64,000 nt of DNA, taken from positions 32,789,001 through 32,853,000 of the forward strand of contig NC_083421.1 in assembly GCF_020745735.1 (NCBI RefSeq). The letters are read 5' to 3'. Under the pieces are notes generated by a model. The model was not told the origin of the DNA, searched no databases, and saw only the letters and a program-made list of their open reading frames with translations. Position 1 is the stretch's first letter; the number at the start of each line of letters is the position of its first letter. This document shows positions 12,701 through 24,380 of this stretch, one piece after another. Source of the DNA: Hemiscyllium ocellatum. Taxonomy: Eukaryota. The position numbers and the translations under genes were made by a program.

Positions 12701-14099
12701 TCCTATTCATGATGGAAGGATATTGTACCATATGCTATTTGTTGTTTCTTTTATTGTCTACTACTTCTAAGCTGACTCGCTAATTGTCCAGTGACTTTTC
12801 CTTTGTCTGGGGCCAGGAAAACCTGACCTGCACATTGTGTAGCCTCAAAATGCAATCCTGTTCCATGTGTGGCTTTACGACAGGTTCTCATCTTTTGTAG
12901 TGGATTTTGCAAGATGCAATAGAGTGCATGAGGAGCTTGAATGCACAGATGAGACAGATGGAACCACCTCCACCCCCATCCTTCGTTCTTAAGCCTGTCT
13001 GTAACATTATTTATAGCTCCAGAAACCTAACTTACAACAATCAACTCCTTCCCCCAATCCTCCCATAATCTCATCTTCCCCACTGCTGTGTTATGCCCTT
13101 TAGATTCCTTTGTTCCACTCCATGCTATCTCACAATCAATCAGGTCAATGTTTTCCCCCTATCATTCACCCATGCTCCCTCACACTACTCTATCCAATCT
13201 GAATATTCCCATGCCACCCTTATGCTCCCCACATATCCTCTGTAGGCATCCATTCTGCATGGACGATATGTTTTTTAAAGCAGTCATAAGAAAGCAATGG
13301 TGATATCTTAAACTCATTAGCAAATCATGAAAGCTTTCACAATCTAAGAATCTTGAATTCAAACTCATTGATAACAGACCAAAAAGTGAGCATGATGAGG
13401 AAAGAACAAATTATTATCCTCTAAGTGTGTATTCAATCTCAAAAGAAGAAACCATATTAATAACATTCTATTACCACAAGCTCATTCAAAGAATCAATAC
13501 TTTTGTCTATAAAGATCATTTGCTGAGTTTAAACTTTAGGAATTTAGCAAGTGTCCACCATTGAAAAAGAAAGCAAAAAAAAACAAAATGCTTTTAAAAA
13601 GCATCCAACTCCATTGACCGAATAGAAATCCAATTTCATTTCAGAGTGGTGCTCCAGATGATTATTAGAGGGATGCGTGTACAAATCAGTTTTTTTTTCC
13701 ACTTTTAAGACCCTGACTTGCTGGTCCAGTTAAATTTGAGCAAAAATACATACGGCCACACCATATTTTGTAGTTTTGTTAATACACATCACACATACCT
13801 CTTGATTAAGTATTGTAATGCTGCAGTTGCACAATGCTAGTCAATATCAATATCACATTGCAGAACAGATCCATATGATGAATCACTGAATTGAAAAACG
13901 CATCCACATTATACTAAAATCCCTAACAGTGGTATTTGAAGCTGTGAAAACATTTTCCACTTATCTTTCAGACTGTTTCTGATTCCTCAACAAGCATTCC
14001 ATTTTCTTCATGAACTTTCAAACTTTGCATGTTTTAAATGGGACTCTGAAACCCTGCTTTATGAAGGGAATGTGAATGGAGAATGACATCAGATTGTTC

Positions 14100-14320
14100 T
14101 GTCGCCATAGTTTTATCAGACCATAGGGGCTGCTCTCTCATTAGACAAAAGCAACTGAGGGGTGATTTAACCTGAGGGCCATCAGACCTTAGGAGAAGGA
14201 AGAGTTTGAGAAGGAGAATCCCTCATCGTAACCTCAAACCAGTGATGGCAATTGAACCCATGCTGTTGGCATCACACTGCTCTGCAAACCGACAATCCAG
14301 CTGACTGAGCTCAACTGATT
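14100..14320 (-). mobile_element. tRNA-derived SINE (third family)
   Basis: Minus strand gctcagtcagctgg...gggttcaattgc head and ctaatgagagagcagcccctatggtc...ctatggcgac tail; second copy at 46700-46890. Confidence 0.7.
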
Positions 14321-14709
14321 CCCAAAACCAATGTATTCTTTCCCATTTAAGATGCAACCAAAGCTCAGTTGGGAATGTGTGTGTATATGCTCCAGACTAT
14401 GCGTCCCTGACCCGCAAAAAGAAAGACCAGGGGAAAATGTTGCAGGATCAAAAATGTAAAACGAGATCAGATTTCCTCTAGATAAAGAAAGTGCCATTCA
14501 TGGGTGGAGATGCACCTCACCCCTCTGAGTCAAATCTGGGTTTCCTGTTCTCTCTAATTGAATTGAAATGCCCTGTTTCCCTGCCACTGCCAGTTATGAA
14601 GAGATCAGCTGCAGTAGGGAAATGGCCAATTTCTTTACAATTAAAACAACCCTCTGCTGGCATTGTGAACTCCTCAGTCATGCAGCTCGAATTTTTGGAT
14701 TTATCAAAG

Positions 14710-15025
14710 ATCCTTAGCACTTTCAAACTCATGACCACTTCTACCAAGAAAGTCAACGGCAGTAGATACTTGGGAACACCACCACTTGCAAGTTCCCTTC
14801 CAATACACTCACCATCCTGACTTGAAAATGTACTTCCGTTCTTTCAGCTGGGTCAAAATCCTGGAATTCTCTCCCCAAGGGCATTGTGGGTCGACCACAG
14901 CATATGGGCTGCCATGATTCAAGAAGGCAGCTCACCACCACCTTCTCATGAGCAATTAAGATTAGGCAATAAATTCTGGTGAGCCAGTGATGCGCATATC
15001 CCATGAATGGACAAAAAATAAAATC
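14710..15025 (+). mobile_element. Second CR1/L2-group LINE 3' end
   Basis: Same 3' UTR as 10800-11020 (gggtcaaaatcctggaa...gcagctcaccaccaccttctc...ggcaataaat). Confidence 0.85.
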
Positions 15026-15194
15026 ATTTCTCCATCCTCCCACCCCCATGTCTTCTGAACTCATCAGCCCAGAATATTTCTAATCCTAGCAGAGCGGGAT
15101 TTGGCTTCCAACTGATAGGCAAGTTAGGGAGGTTGTCTAACCTGCCAGTACGTTATGAGGGCAGAATAGAACTTTGCTAACTGGAATATCATTG

Positions 15195-15856
15195 GGCTGG
15201 CACAGTGGTTAGCATTGCTGCCTCACAACATCAGAGATCTGGGTTCGATTCCATCTTCGGGTGACTGTGTAAAATTTGCAGTCTCCCCATGTCTGCATGC
15301 GTTTCCTCTGGGTGCTACGGTTTCTTCCTCCAGTCCAAGGATGGAGGGCAGCACGGTGGCACAGTGGTTTGCACTGCTACCTCACAGCGCCAGAGACCCG
15401 AGTTCAATTCCCACCTCAGGCGACTGACTGTGTGGAGTTTGCACGTTCTCTCCGTGTCTGCGTGGGTATCCTCTGGGTGCTCCGGTTTCCTCCCACAGTT
15501 CAAAGATGTGCAGGTCAGGTGAATTGGCCATGCTAAATTGCCCGTAGTGTTAGGTAAGGGGTAAATGTAGGGGTATGGGTGGGTTGCGCTTCGGCGGGTC
15601 GGTGTGGACTTGTTGGGCCGAAGGGCCTGTTTCCACATGGTAAGTAATCTAATCCAAGGATGTGTAGGTTATGTGGATTGGCCATGCTAAACTGCTGATA
15701 ATGTGCAGGGATGTTTAGGCTAGGTGGATTAGCCACAGCAATTGCAGGGTTACATGGATAGGGGAGGGATGTGTGTCTGGGTGGGACCCTCTTCAGAGGG
15801 TCAGTGTGGACTTGATGGGCTGAACAGCCTGCTTCCACAATGTAGGGATTCTATGA
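15195..15856 (+). mobile_element. Older HE1-type SINE hosting a nested younger HE1
   Basis: Head at 15195-15343; body resumes at 15653 after the TSD tccaaggatg; tail gattctatga. Confidence 0.88.
15344..15652 (+). mobile_element. Young HE1-type SINE nested in an older HE1
   Basis: Full-length copy; TSD tccaaggatg at 15334-15343 and 15653-15662. Confidence 0.95.
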
Positions 15857-17964
15857 TCATTAGCCAGAAGTGACTGCTCCTCAGATGATGTACATGTCCC
15901 TAATCCAAGAGTACTGAAGGGACCGGCAGCTGCTCATCTGAAGTAAGGTCAAATCTTGGATAAAAATGATAATTTCCTAGGTCTTCATGGCTTCATTATT
16001 CACTGGTAAAATGTGCTAAGCCATTGCTGGATGGAAGAATCGCTGAGGGGGATAAAAAGTTATGTTTATTTCAAAGTCTTCTTTAGGCAGCGTTTTTCAG
16101 CAGCTGTTTTGACATGCGTCACTGTGGTTGCAGTGACTCGAATGATGTTCAAGTGTTGTTGATCTGATTGTTTACTGAGACGGAAACTGTGCCTAATGCT
16201 TTGAAAGACAATCATGGAGGGAATAATTGAAACCATATCTGCAAGGAAGTCAGATGACGAAGGTGCAATCATCTCGAATTAGATAGACAAAGACATTGTG
16301 TGACTATGAAATGAGATGGAGATCCTGTGGGTAGAAGCTGCACAGGTCGACCTTGCTGGGAGCTAAGGTTAGCGAGACTAGCCTGTCTTTGTTATTAGTT
16401 TTTGTGATTTAATATCAAATTCATAGCTTTCAAATCTGAGAAATAATACCTTGCAAATATCACGTCTGTGAACAGCAATCTAAATGCATTTGAATCTCTG
16501 ACTGGCCCACTTTAAACAGATAACTTGCAGAGCCTTTAATATAGAGGGCTGCAATTCGAGTGATTTCACATAGTTTTCAGTCAGACACAGGCTCATATCT
16601 TAAGTTAATTTTTATTCTCGAGCATTGGTTTAAAAAGTATACAAGATCGATAGCATTTAAATGTGTGAATCTGTAATATGATAACCTGCTTCACTTTGTA
16701 TTATTAATCATAGGACTTTAACATTTGCCTGGTTTGATAATCTTGAGATATGTTTTGCTCTGAGTTCCCAGAAAAGGCACAGTGATGCTTATTGCTGCCC
16801 TGTTTATCATTGAAATTGTAGCTCTGGAGCAAGGCATCTTGTAGCAAGCATTGAGAACTGATGATTTTCCTCACCCTTCAGGTTCCATTTTTGCACCACA
16901 AATGTAGACAAATAGAAGAAAATGTGGTTGTTCTTTTAAAGGACAAGATTGCTTAAAAGGTTGTCTTTTTTAGCTGCACGTTTCTATGACTAAATTGCTG
17001 AAGTCAAAGCTGGCAATGATGTAGCGATATCATTAGGCCACTTGGGACCTCATGAACATCATTTTTATCTCTCTCCTTAACTAATGATATTGCAGGACAG
17101 AGGTTAAAAAAAGGTGAAAAAGAGGTAAAGGTATGAAAGGTGAGATTAAACATCAGAATGAATGAGAGAGAAATAAAAATCGAAACATACGTAAAACTTT
17201 CAGGAGTAATTTACAACTTGAGGCAGTGATATTCCATTGTATCATTGTTCTTTTTCCTGGTTTGCGTGGTAAAATTTCATATCATCGACAAATCACATGG
17301 TTAACAGGGTGCTTTCAACATCAGTTCCCATCTTTACGACAATACAGCTTCATATTCAGGGTGCCACTCCAGCTGTTCATTTTGGCACCTGCGGAAATTG
17401 ACGACAAGCTCCTGTTCTTGCAAGTTAATAGCAAAGTGGCATTAATTGTCCAGTGGTCTATGCTGTATCACATCATTAAACTGATTTTTTTTTTCATTGG
17501 TCAGTAAAAGCCATGAGCTCATTTTTTTCTGGCCAATAAAGGAGTGGAAGTTGAAATTATCCTAAAATAATCCGCCACACATCAGGTGAGGAAGTGAGAA
17601 TGAAGGGGCTTATTGCCAAAGACAATTGTCTGAAACTTCACAGAAACGATTTCCAGATGGGTATTCCAGGTTAGAAACCAGTTTTCAATCCATAGTCTGT
17701 GGGATAATACATGATGCGGAGTGAATCCAACCAAAAAGAAAATAATACAACCCTGTTTAGTGGCTCTTGTGACAAATAGATGTTTTGAAATGAAAAGCCA
17801 TTTTATCAAACACATGGGAACAGGAACACTGACATGCCTTCTCAATCATTCCCTCTGCCCATCACAATCATAATTTTTGTTTCTGTATGTATGTATGTGT
17901 GTGTAGGACAGATACATATAAACCAGTTAGTTTATCAACTGGGAGAACTCTATGTTGATAGTTA

Positions 17965-18290
17965 TGTATCCCTACAGTGTGGAAACAGGCCATGTGGCCC
18001 ATCCTGACCCTCCTAAGAGTAACCCACTCAGACCCATTCCCCTACCACTTTACATTTCCCATGATTAATGCACCTAATCTACACATCCCTGAATATTATG
18101 GGCAATTTAGCATGGCCAATTCACCCAACCTGCACATCTTTGGAGGAAACCAGAGCACCCGGAGGAAACCCACACAGACACAAGGAGAAGGTGTAAACTC
18201 CACAGACATAGTCGCCCGAGGCTGGAATCAAACCTGGGGCTCTGTTACTGTGTGGCAGCAGTGCTAACCTGAACCAATGTGCTGCCCCCC
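17965..18290 (-). mobile_element. HE1-type V-SINE (older)
   Basis: gggcaatttagcatggccaattcacc, gtgtaaactccac and the tRNA head are present. Confidence 0.88.
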
Positions 18291-18440
18291 TCACAGTTGT
18301 TTATCTGTGGCTAGAATTCATTTTTATAGCGCTTCAGAAGCCCAATTGGAAAGGAGTATCATTTGTTGCTGAACACCAAAGTAGAGCCACTACTTATGGT
18401 AGATATGGGTTACTTCCACCTTCGGTCTGCTTTAGTTTAT

Positions 18441-18913
18441 TTTATATTTTTGAATCAACATGTTGAAAGATGTTCTTACATACCTCAGGAACAGGTTGGA
18501 CTTGAAGACAGGTCTCCTGGCCCTGAGGTAAGGGCATGATCACTGTGACACACGAGGCCCCCCTGAGTCTGCTGTTCTTTTGTTTGGGACTGGAGTTTGT
18601 CAATTTTAGATATTTTCTAATCAACCTGTTTAGCAATGTTGTTACACAGCGCTGGAGCAAGTGGGATCTGAACATAGGCCTCCTGTCTCAGAGGTAAGGA
18701 TGCTACTACTCTGTCAAATCTCTAAAAGTGCTCTTACACACAGCTGAATGGATTTCCCTTCATTAAACTCACTGTGACGTTTTCTCTGTTTTCAATCTGT
18801 TTTGCGAATTAACTGTTCTGAGATGTTATCACGCACTTCTGGAGCAGGTAGAACTTGAACTCGGACCTCCAAATCCAGGGAGACAGACAATATCTCTGTG
18901 CTACGAAAGTCCC
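18441..18913 (-). repeat. Tandem array of three diverged tRNA-derived units (~165-180 bp period)
   Basis: Units at ~18441-18563, 18605-18733 and 18781-18913. Minus strand reads gggc..tg(t)ggcacagt..(A box)...gttcaagt(c/t)c (B box)...ctgctccag...aacatctc.gaacaggttgatt.gaaaata. Confidence 0.75.
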
Positions 18914-18985
18914 ACCACTAAGCCGACTTTTATTTACATGTGGCTACTAACTGACATTGGTCCGGCTTCCTCAGAGCCAGGATTG
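18914..18985. mobile_element. Fragment of short LTR-like repeat (same family as 29432-29644)
   Basis: aagccgacttttatttacatgtg...tgacattggtcc...agagccag aligns with 29450-29515. Confidence 0.5.
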
Positions 18986-20260
18986 AGATGTATTTGGACA
19001 GGCAAGGTCTGATTAGGGATAGTCAGCATTGTTTTGTGCATGGGAAATCACGTTTCACTAACTTGAATGAGTTTTTTGAAGAAGTAACAAAGGAGATTGA
19101 TGAGGACAGAGTGCTAGACGGATCTAGATGGACTTCAGTAAGGTGTTCGACAAGGTACTTCATGGGATACTGGTTAGCAAGGTTAGATTTCATGGAATGC
19201 AGGGAGAACGAGTCAGTTGGATACAAAACTGGCTTGAAGGTGGAAGAGAGAGGGTGGTGGTGGAGGGTTGCTTTTCAGACTGATGGCCTGTGACCAGTGA
19301 TGTGCTGAGTCCACTGCTTTTTGTCATCCATAAACTATTTGGATGTCAATATAGGAGGTATAGTTCGTAAGTCTGCAGACAACACTAAATTGAAGATGTA
19401 GCGGACAGCAAAGAAGGTTACCTCAGATTACAACAGGATCTTGACCAGATGGGCAATGGGTCGAGGAGTAGTAGAGAGAGTTTAATTTAGCAAATCTTAG
19501 CAGGACTTATATATTAATGATAAGGTCCTAGGGAGTGTTGCTAAACAAAGAGACCTTGGAGTGCAGGTTCATAGCTCCTTGAAAGTAGACTCGCAGGTAG
19601 ATAGTATAATGGAGAAAGCATTTGGTATGCTTTCTTTATTGGTCAGAGCATTGCGTATAGGTGTTGGAAGGTCATGTTGCGGCTGTACAAGACATTGGTA
19701 AGGCCACTTTTGGAAGATTGCATGCAATTCTGGTCTCCTTCCTGTCGGAAGAATGTTGTGAAAGTTGAAGGGCGCAGAAAGGATTCACAAGGATGTTGCC
19801 AGGGTTGGGGGATTTGAGCTATAGGGAGAGGCTGAACAGGCTGGAGCTGTTTTCTCTGGAGTTGTCGGAGGCTGAGGGGTGACATTATGGAGGCTTATAA
19901 AATCTTGAGGAGCATGGATAGGATAAATGGACAAGATATTTTCCCTGGGGTGGGCAAGTCCAGAACTATAGGGCATAAGTTTAAGGTGAAAGGGGAAAGA
20001 TATAAAAAGGACCTAAGGGGCAACATTTTCACACAATGGGTGGTATGTGCATGGAATGAGCTGCCAGAAGAAGTGGCGGAAGCTGGTACAATTACAACAT
20101 TTAAGAGGCATCTGGATGGGGATATGAATAGGAAGGGTTTGGAGGGATATGGGCCAAGTGCTGGCAAATGGGACTAGATTAGGTTAGGATACATGGTTGG
20201 CATGGACAAGTTGGACCGAATGGTCTGTTTCCATGCTGTATATCTCTATGACTCTGTGAC
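18986..20260 (+). mobile_element. CR1 LINE (HER1-like), ~1.3 kb RT to 3' tail
   Basis: LIRDSQHCFVHGKS..TNL.EFFEEVT (RT), WNELPEEV..AGTITTFKRHLD, tail ctctatgactctgtgac. Confidence 0.95.
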
Positions 20261-20264
20261 TGCT

Positions 20265-21552
20265 AATTAATGTAAGGTGTTGCATTTTGGTAAGGCAATT
20301 CAGGGCAGGACTTAGGGTAGGGCTCTGAGGAGTATTGCAAAGAGACCTTGGAGTGCTGGTGCATACTGACTTGAAAAGGGAGTTGTAGGGAGACAGGGTG
20401 GTGAAGAAGCCATTTGGCACACTTGCCTTCATTGGTCATAACACTGAGTATAGGAGTTGGGACGTCATGTTGCAGTGCTACAGGACATTGATGAGGCCAC
20501 TTTTTGAACGCATGTTGTTAACACTTGGAGGATGCAGAAAATATTTACAAGGATGTTGTTGGGACTGGCGGGTTTGAAGGGGCTGAATTGACTGGCTTTT
20601 TCTGTCTAGATCATTGGAGACTGATGGGTGACCTTGGAGAAGTTATAAAATCATGATGGGCATAGGTAAGGTGAACAGCCAAGGTCTTTTTCCCAGGGTG
20701 GTGGAGTCTAAAACTACAGGGTATAGGTTTAGTGTGAGAGGTGAAAGATTTAAAAAGGAACTGATAGGCAACTTTTTCATGCAGTGTGTGGTGTGTGTAT
20801 GAAACAGGCTGCCAGAGGAAGTGGTGGAGACTGGTACAATTATGCCAGTTAAAAAACATCTGGATGGATATATGAATAAGAAGTGAGAGTGTGGTGCTGG
20901 AAAAGCAAAGCAGGTCAGGCAACATCTGAGAAGCAGGACAATCGACATTTTGGGCATAACCTCTTCATCAGGATTGAGGGCTTGTAATAGATACTGGTTG
21001 TCCTGTTCAGCTCAAAATTGTGCTGGTTTGAATGTAGTCCGGAATCCAAGTGAGACCTGTTGGTTCCGTAGGCAGGCATTGAGGAAGGAGATGTGGCTGT
21101 GATAGCGACTCTGCTTCAGGACATGGTTGAAGAGCTTCAGGGGAGAGGAGATGACCTGGGGTGGCAGGGGTGGGGGGCGGGGGGAGGAGTGGGGGGAGGT
21201 GGTGGTGCAATGAGAGAGAGAGAGAGAGAGATTCTCTGAGATCCTTGTAGTGAGAGGAGGAGAACTTCTTCAGGGAAGAGGCTTCGCAGTAAGGTTAAAA
21301 TCAACTAGGAGAAAGTGAGGACTGCAGATGCTAGAGATCAGAGTGGAGAGTGTGATGTTGGAAAAGCACAGCAGGTCAGGCAGCTTCCAAGGAGGAGAAG
21401 TTTCGGGTATAAGCCCTTCATCAGGAATAACCCTTCTTGATAAGAAGGGTTTAGAGTGATATGGGGCAAATACTGGCAAATGGGACTTGGTCAGATTAGG
21501 ATGTCTGGTCAGTGAGTTGGACTGAAGAGTATGTTTCCATATTGAAGAACTC
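20265..21552 (+). mobile_element. CR1 LINE 3' portion split by PLE insertion 20884-21439
   Basis: CR1 sequence resumes exactly after the TSD ataagaag (20876-20883 / 21440-21447). Confidence 0.88.
20884..21439 (-). mobile_element. Internally deleted PLE with two direct HHR-bearing terminal repeats
   Basis: Minus strand order: HHR 21398-21424, terminal repeat plus tail, ORF-like segment (LKLFNHVLKQSRYHSHISFLNACLRNQ), then a second HHR 20944-20971 and terminal repeat; 8-bp TSD. Confidence 0.8.
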
Positions 21553-21554
21553 TT

Positions 21555-21737
21555 GATACAGGGACAGGGATTCTGTCACTGTGCCTCAAGAGCCCCTCTG
21601 TGTATTTTTTGAAAATTTAATCTATTTTCTAAACCATCCTGTTCAGAGATGTTATTGAGCAACTCAAGAGGAGGTGGGATTGAACATGGATCTCATGATC
21701 CAGGTGTAGGAACACTCCTACTGTGCCATAAGAGCCC
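21555..21737 (-). repeat. Continuation of the tRNA-derived tandem array (one partial and one full unit)
   Basis: cactgtgcctcaagagccc and gttcagagatgttatt...gggattgaac...ctgtgccataagagccc match the 18441-18913 units. Confidence 0.75.
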
Positions 21738-22399
21738 ATCTGTTTTCATACATAAAGGGCTCAGGTGATGAATTCCAGCTAAGCAGGCCATTCCTGTTGC
21801 TAAGGTACTTCATATTCAATCAGCTCCTCAAGGAGATGAAATAGTGATTCTCTGTGGGCCTTATAGGGTTTATTGCAATAAAAAAAATTCTTCTTCAGTA
21901 CAGAAACTTCTTTGGTGTGTTTTGTCAACCTGTGTCTAAAAAAAAACTGATTTGGGAAATTGTTAGTTCTTGAATTAAACCTTTAACTTTGTTACAATTC
22001 TGGGAATAGCTAGGTTTGATTTTCATTGTACCACTGCAGTGAGGCGTCCTAGTCCTTGAGTGAAGAATGCAGCCCAGCACAGGGTCCCCAATGGAGACTT
22101 ATGTGTGAATTTTGGTTCTTGATAGTAATGGTAATTATATCAAGCTGGTCAATGTAATTTGTACAAACTCCCATCATATAATAAACTACTTGTTGTTGTT
22201 AAAACAATTGCTTGTCTCATTTAGTCTCAGTATAAGAAGGAGAATTGCTTCCTTTGAAATTTGGATTTTTATTAAGGTGCCCCTTAGGTGCTGTCACTTC
22301 TAATTTAGTTCAATTTGTTTGGTTGGCTTGATTAGATAATAGTAGAGATTGGTATTGATGACGAACTCTCTCCGAACCGCAAGCTGCCCTTGTCGCCAA

Positions 22400-22690
22400 T
22401 GTTTGAAGTGTAGTTGCTTTAATAATGTAGGAAATGTAGCAGGCTGTTCACGTGTATGAAAGACTCACAAACAACAATGAAGTGATCTTTTTGAGTGATG
22501 TTTTTGATGAATGCACATTGGTGAAGTCACTGTGGAATACACTCTTGGTCATCTGCAAAATACTGAGATGATTCCTTTGTAACTCCCTGAAGTCGGCAGC
22601 CAGGAAGTATGTAGATTCAGTCAACTGACACTAACTATGACAGTGTATCCCTCTCTCAGAGTATTACACTAAGGTGTCACTGTTAGATGT
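22400..22690 (-). mobile_element. Deu-domain SINE relic
   Basis: gaagtgtagt...aatgtaggaaat...cacaaacaacaatg...gacagtg...ctcagagtattacact..gtgtca matches the recalled DeuSINE (reverse). Confidence 0.65.
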
Positions 22691-22694
22691 TTAC

Positions 22695-23985
22695 GATAAC
22701 AGGAAAACAGTTCCTGGCTCGCAATAAAAATGTATCCAAATGAGAAAGAAAAATTTGAGGAAGATGATAAGTCAACCATGGTTAACCAGGAAACTTAGAC
22801 ATATCCTCAAATTGCAAAAGAAATGTATAATGTGACCAAGACTGGTTGCAAGCCAAAGAGTTAGCAAAGGTTTAAAAACCAACAAAAGATGATCAAAAAT
22901 ATTAGAGGGAGAAAACAAACTTTGAGGATCCTCAAGTAATATCAACATGGACCGTAGGAGCTACTTTAAATACATATAATACGGAAAGAGGAACAGCAAA
23001 GTGTACATCAGCCCCTGAAAGAATGAGACTGGGGAAACAATAATAATGACCAGGAAATGGCAGAGGAGATGGGCTAATGTTTTGCATCAGCCCATATAAT
23101 GAAAAATGCCAGCAAAATTCCAAAAGTATTTTGGAGCAAAGAGGGAAGAAGAAATAAACACAGTAACTAGCGAAAAAGCATGAGGGGAACTAATAGGCCA
23201 AAAGGCTGATAGGTCTCCTGGACATGATATGATGCATCCTCGGATATTAATAGAAGTAGCTACAGAGATAGAGGATGGGATGGCAGTAATTATCCAGGAT
23301 GAGTGCCAAAAGCAGGACAGTGGCTCAGTAGTTAGCACTGCTGGCCCACAGCACAGGGACCTGGGTTCAATTCCAGCCTCAGCCAACTATCTGTGTGGAG
23401 CTTGCACATTCTCCTTGTGTCTGCATGGGTTTCCTCTGGGTGCTTCTATTTCTTCCCACAATCCAAAGATGTGCAGATTAGGTGAATTGGCCATGCTAAA
23501 ACTGCTTATAGTGTTCAAGGACATGTAGGCATGATGCATTAGCCAGGGGAAATGTAGGGGAATGGGTGGGATACTCTTCAGAATATCAATGTGGACTTGT
23601 TGGGCCAATGGCCTGTTTCCACACTGTAGGGATTCCAAGATTAGAAAACTGTCAATCTAATACCTTTAATCAAAAAGGGAAGATGACAAACCTAAAAGCC
23701 AGTTTGTTTAACAAACATTATTCGTCAAATGTTAGAAACAATTATAAAGGATGTTTTGGTAGACCGTTGAGAAATACATAATATGCAGCATTTCTTTTAT
23801 AAACAGAAATTCATACCTGACAAATTTATGAGAATGTTGTGAGAAGGTAGCGAGTATGATAGATAAAGGAGAAGCGATGGATCTAATATATTTGGATTTC
23901 CCAAAAGGCCTTTAATAACATACATCACCAGCCTATGGTGCTGGAGGTAGCATGTTTGCCTGGATAGAGGATTGGCTAATTAATG
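22695..23985 (+). mobile_element. Old CR1 ORF2 fragment (tether/RT N-terminus), interrupted by HE1
   Basis: KADRSPGHD.MHPRILIEVATEI; IYLDF.K.F-like segment near 23885. Confidence 0.8.
23311..23638 (+). mobile_element. HE1-type V-SINE (older)
   Basis: Head, V-domain and tail present. Confidence 0.9.
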
Positions 23986-24039
23986 GCTATTCAATTTCTA
24001 AATGTATTTTAGCTTCAGATACAGATTTTTCTAAAAGAA

Positions 24040-24380
24040 TTAATTGATGGGATGTTGTTGGCGAAGCCAGTATTTGCTGCCCATACCTAATGACCCAAAG
24101 GGCAGTGAAGAGTCAATCACATTGCTTTGGCTCTGGAGTCATGCATCAGCCAAAATAGATAGTGACAGCAGATTTTCTTCTCTAAATGACATGAATAAAC
24201 TAGATGGATTTTTTTCCCCCCAAATAGCAATGATTGTTTTGTGCTCACCATTAGACTGTTGATGTCAGTTTTCTTTTATTGAATTCAATTTCCACTACAC
24301 CAGGATTTGGACCCATGTCCTCAGAACATTACTTGGGTCTTTCGATTAATTGTCTAGCAATATTGCCACGAGACCATCCT
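24040..24380 (-). mobile_element. tRNA-derived SINE sharing its 3' tail with the second LINE family
   Basis: Minus-strand head ggatggtctcgtggcaat...gggtccaaatcc; tail gggtcattaggtatgggcagcaaatactggc...catccca matches the 3' ends at 10955-11010 and 14950-15010. Confidence 0.65.

Noticed and set aside
18441-21737. CRISPR-like repeat/spacer or functional tRNA cluster reading of the tandem units
   Set aside because: Eukaryotic context; the units are >120 nt and strongly diverged; no cas genes; no intact cloverleaf visible.
22335-22415. CpG-rich short ORF IIVEIGIDDELSPNRKLPLSPMFEV
   Set aside because: Overlaps the end of a DeuSINE relic; no supporting homology.
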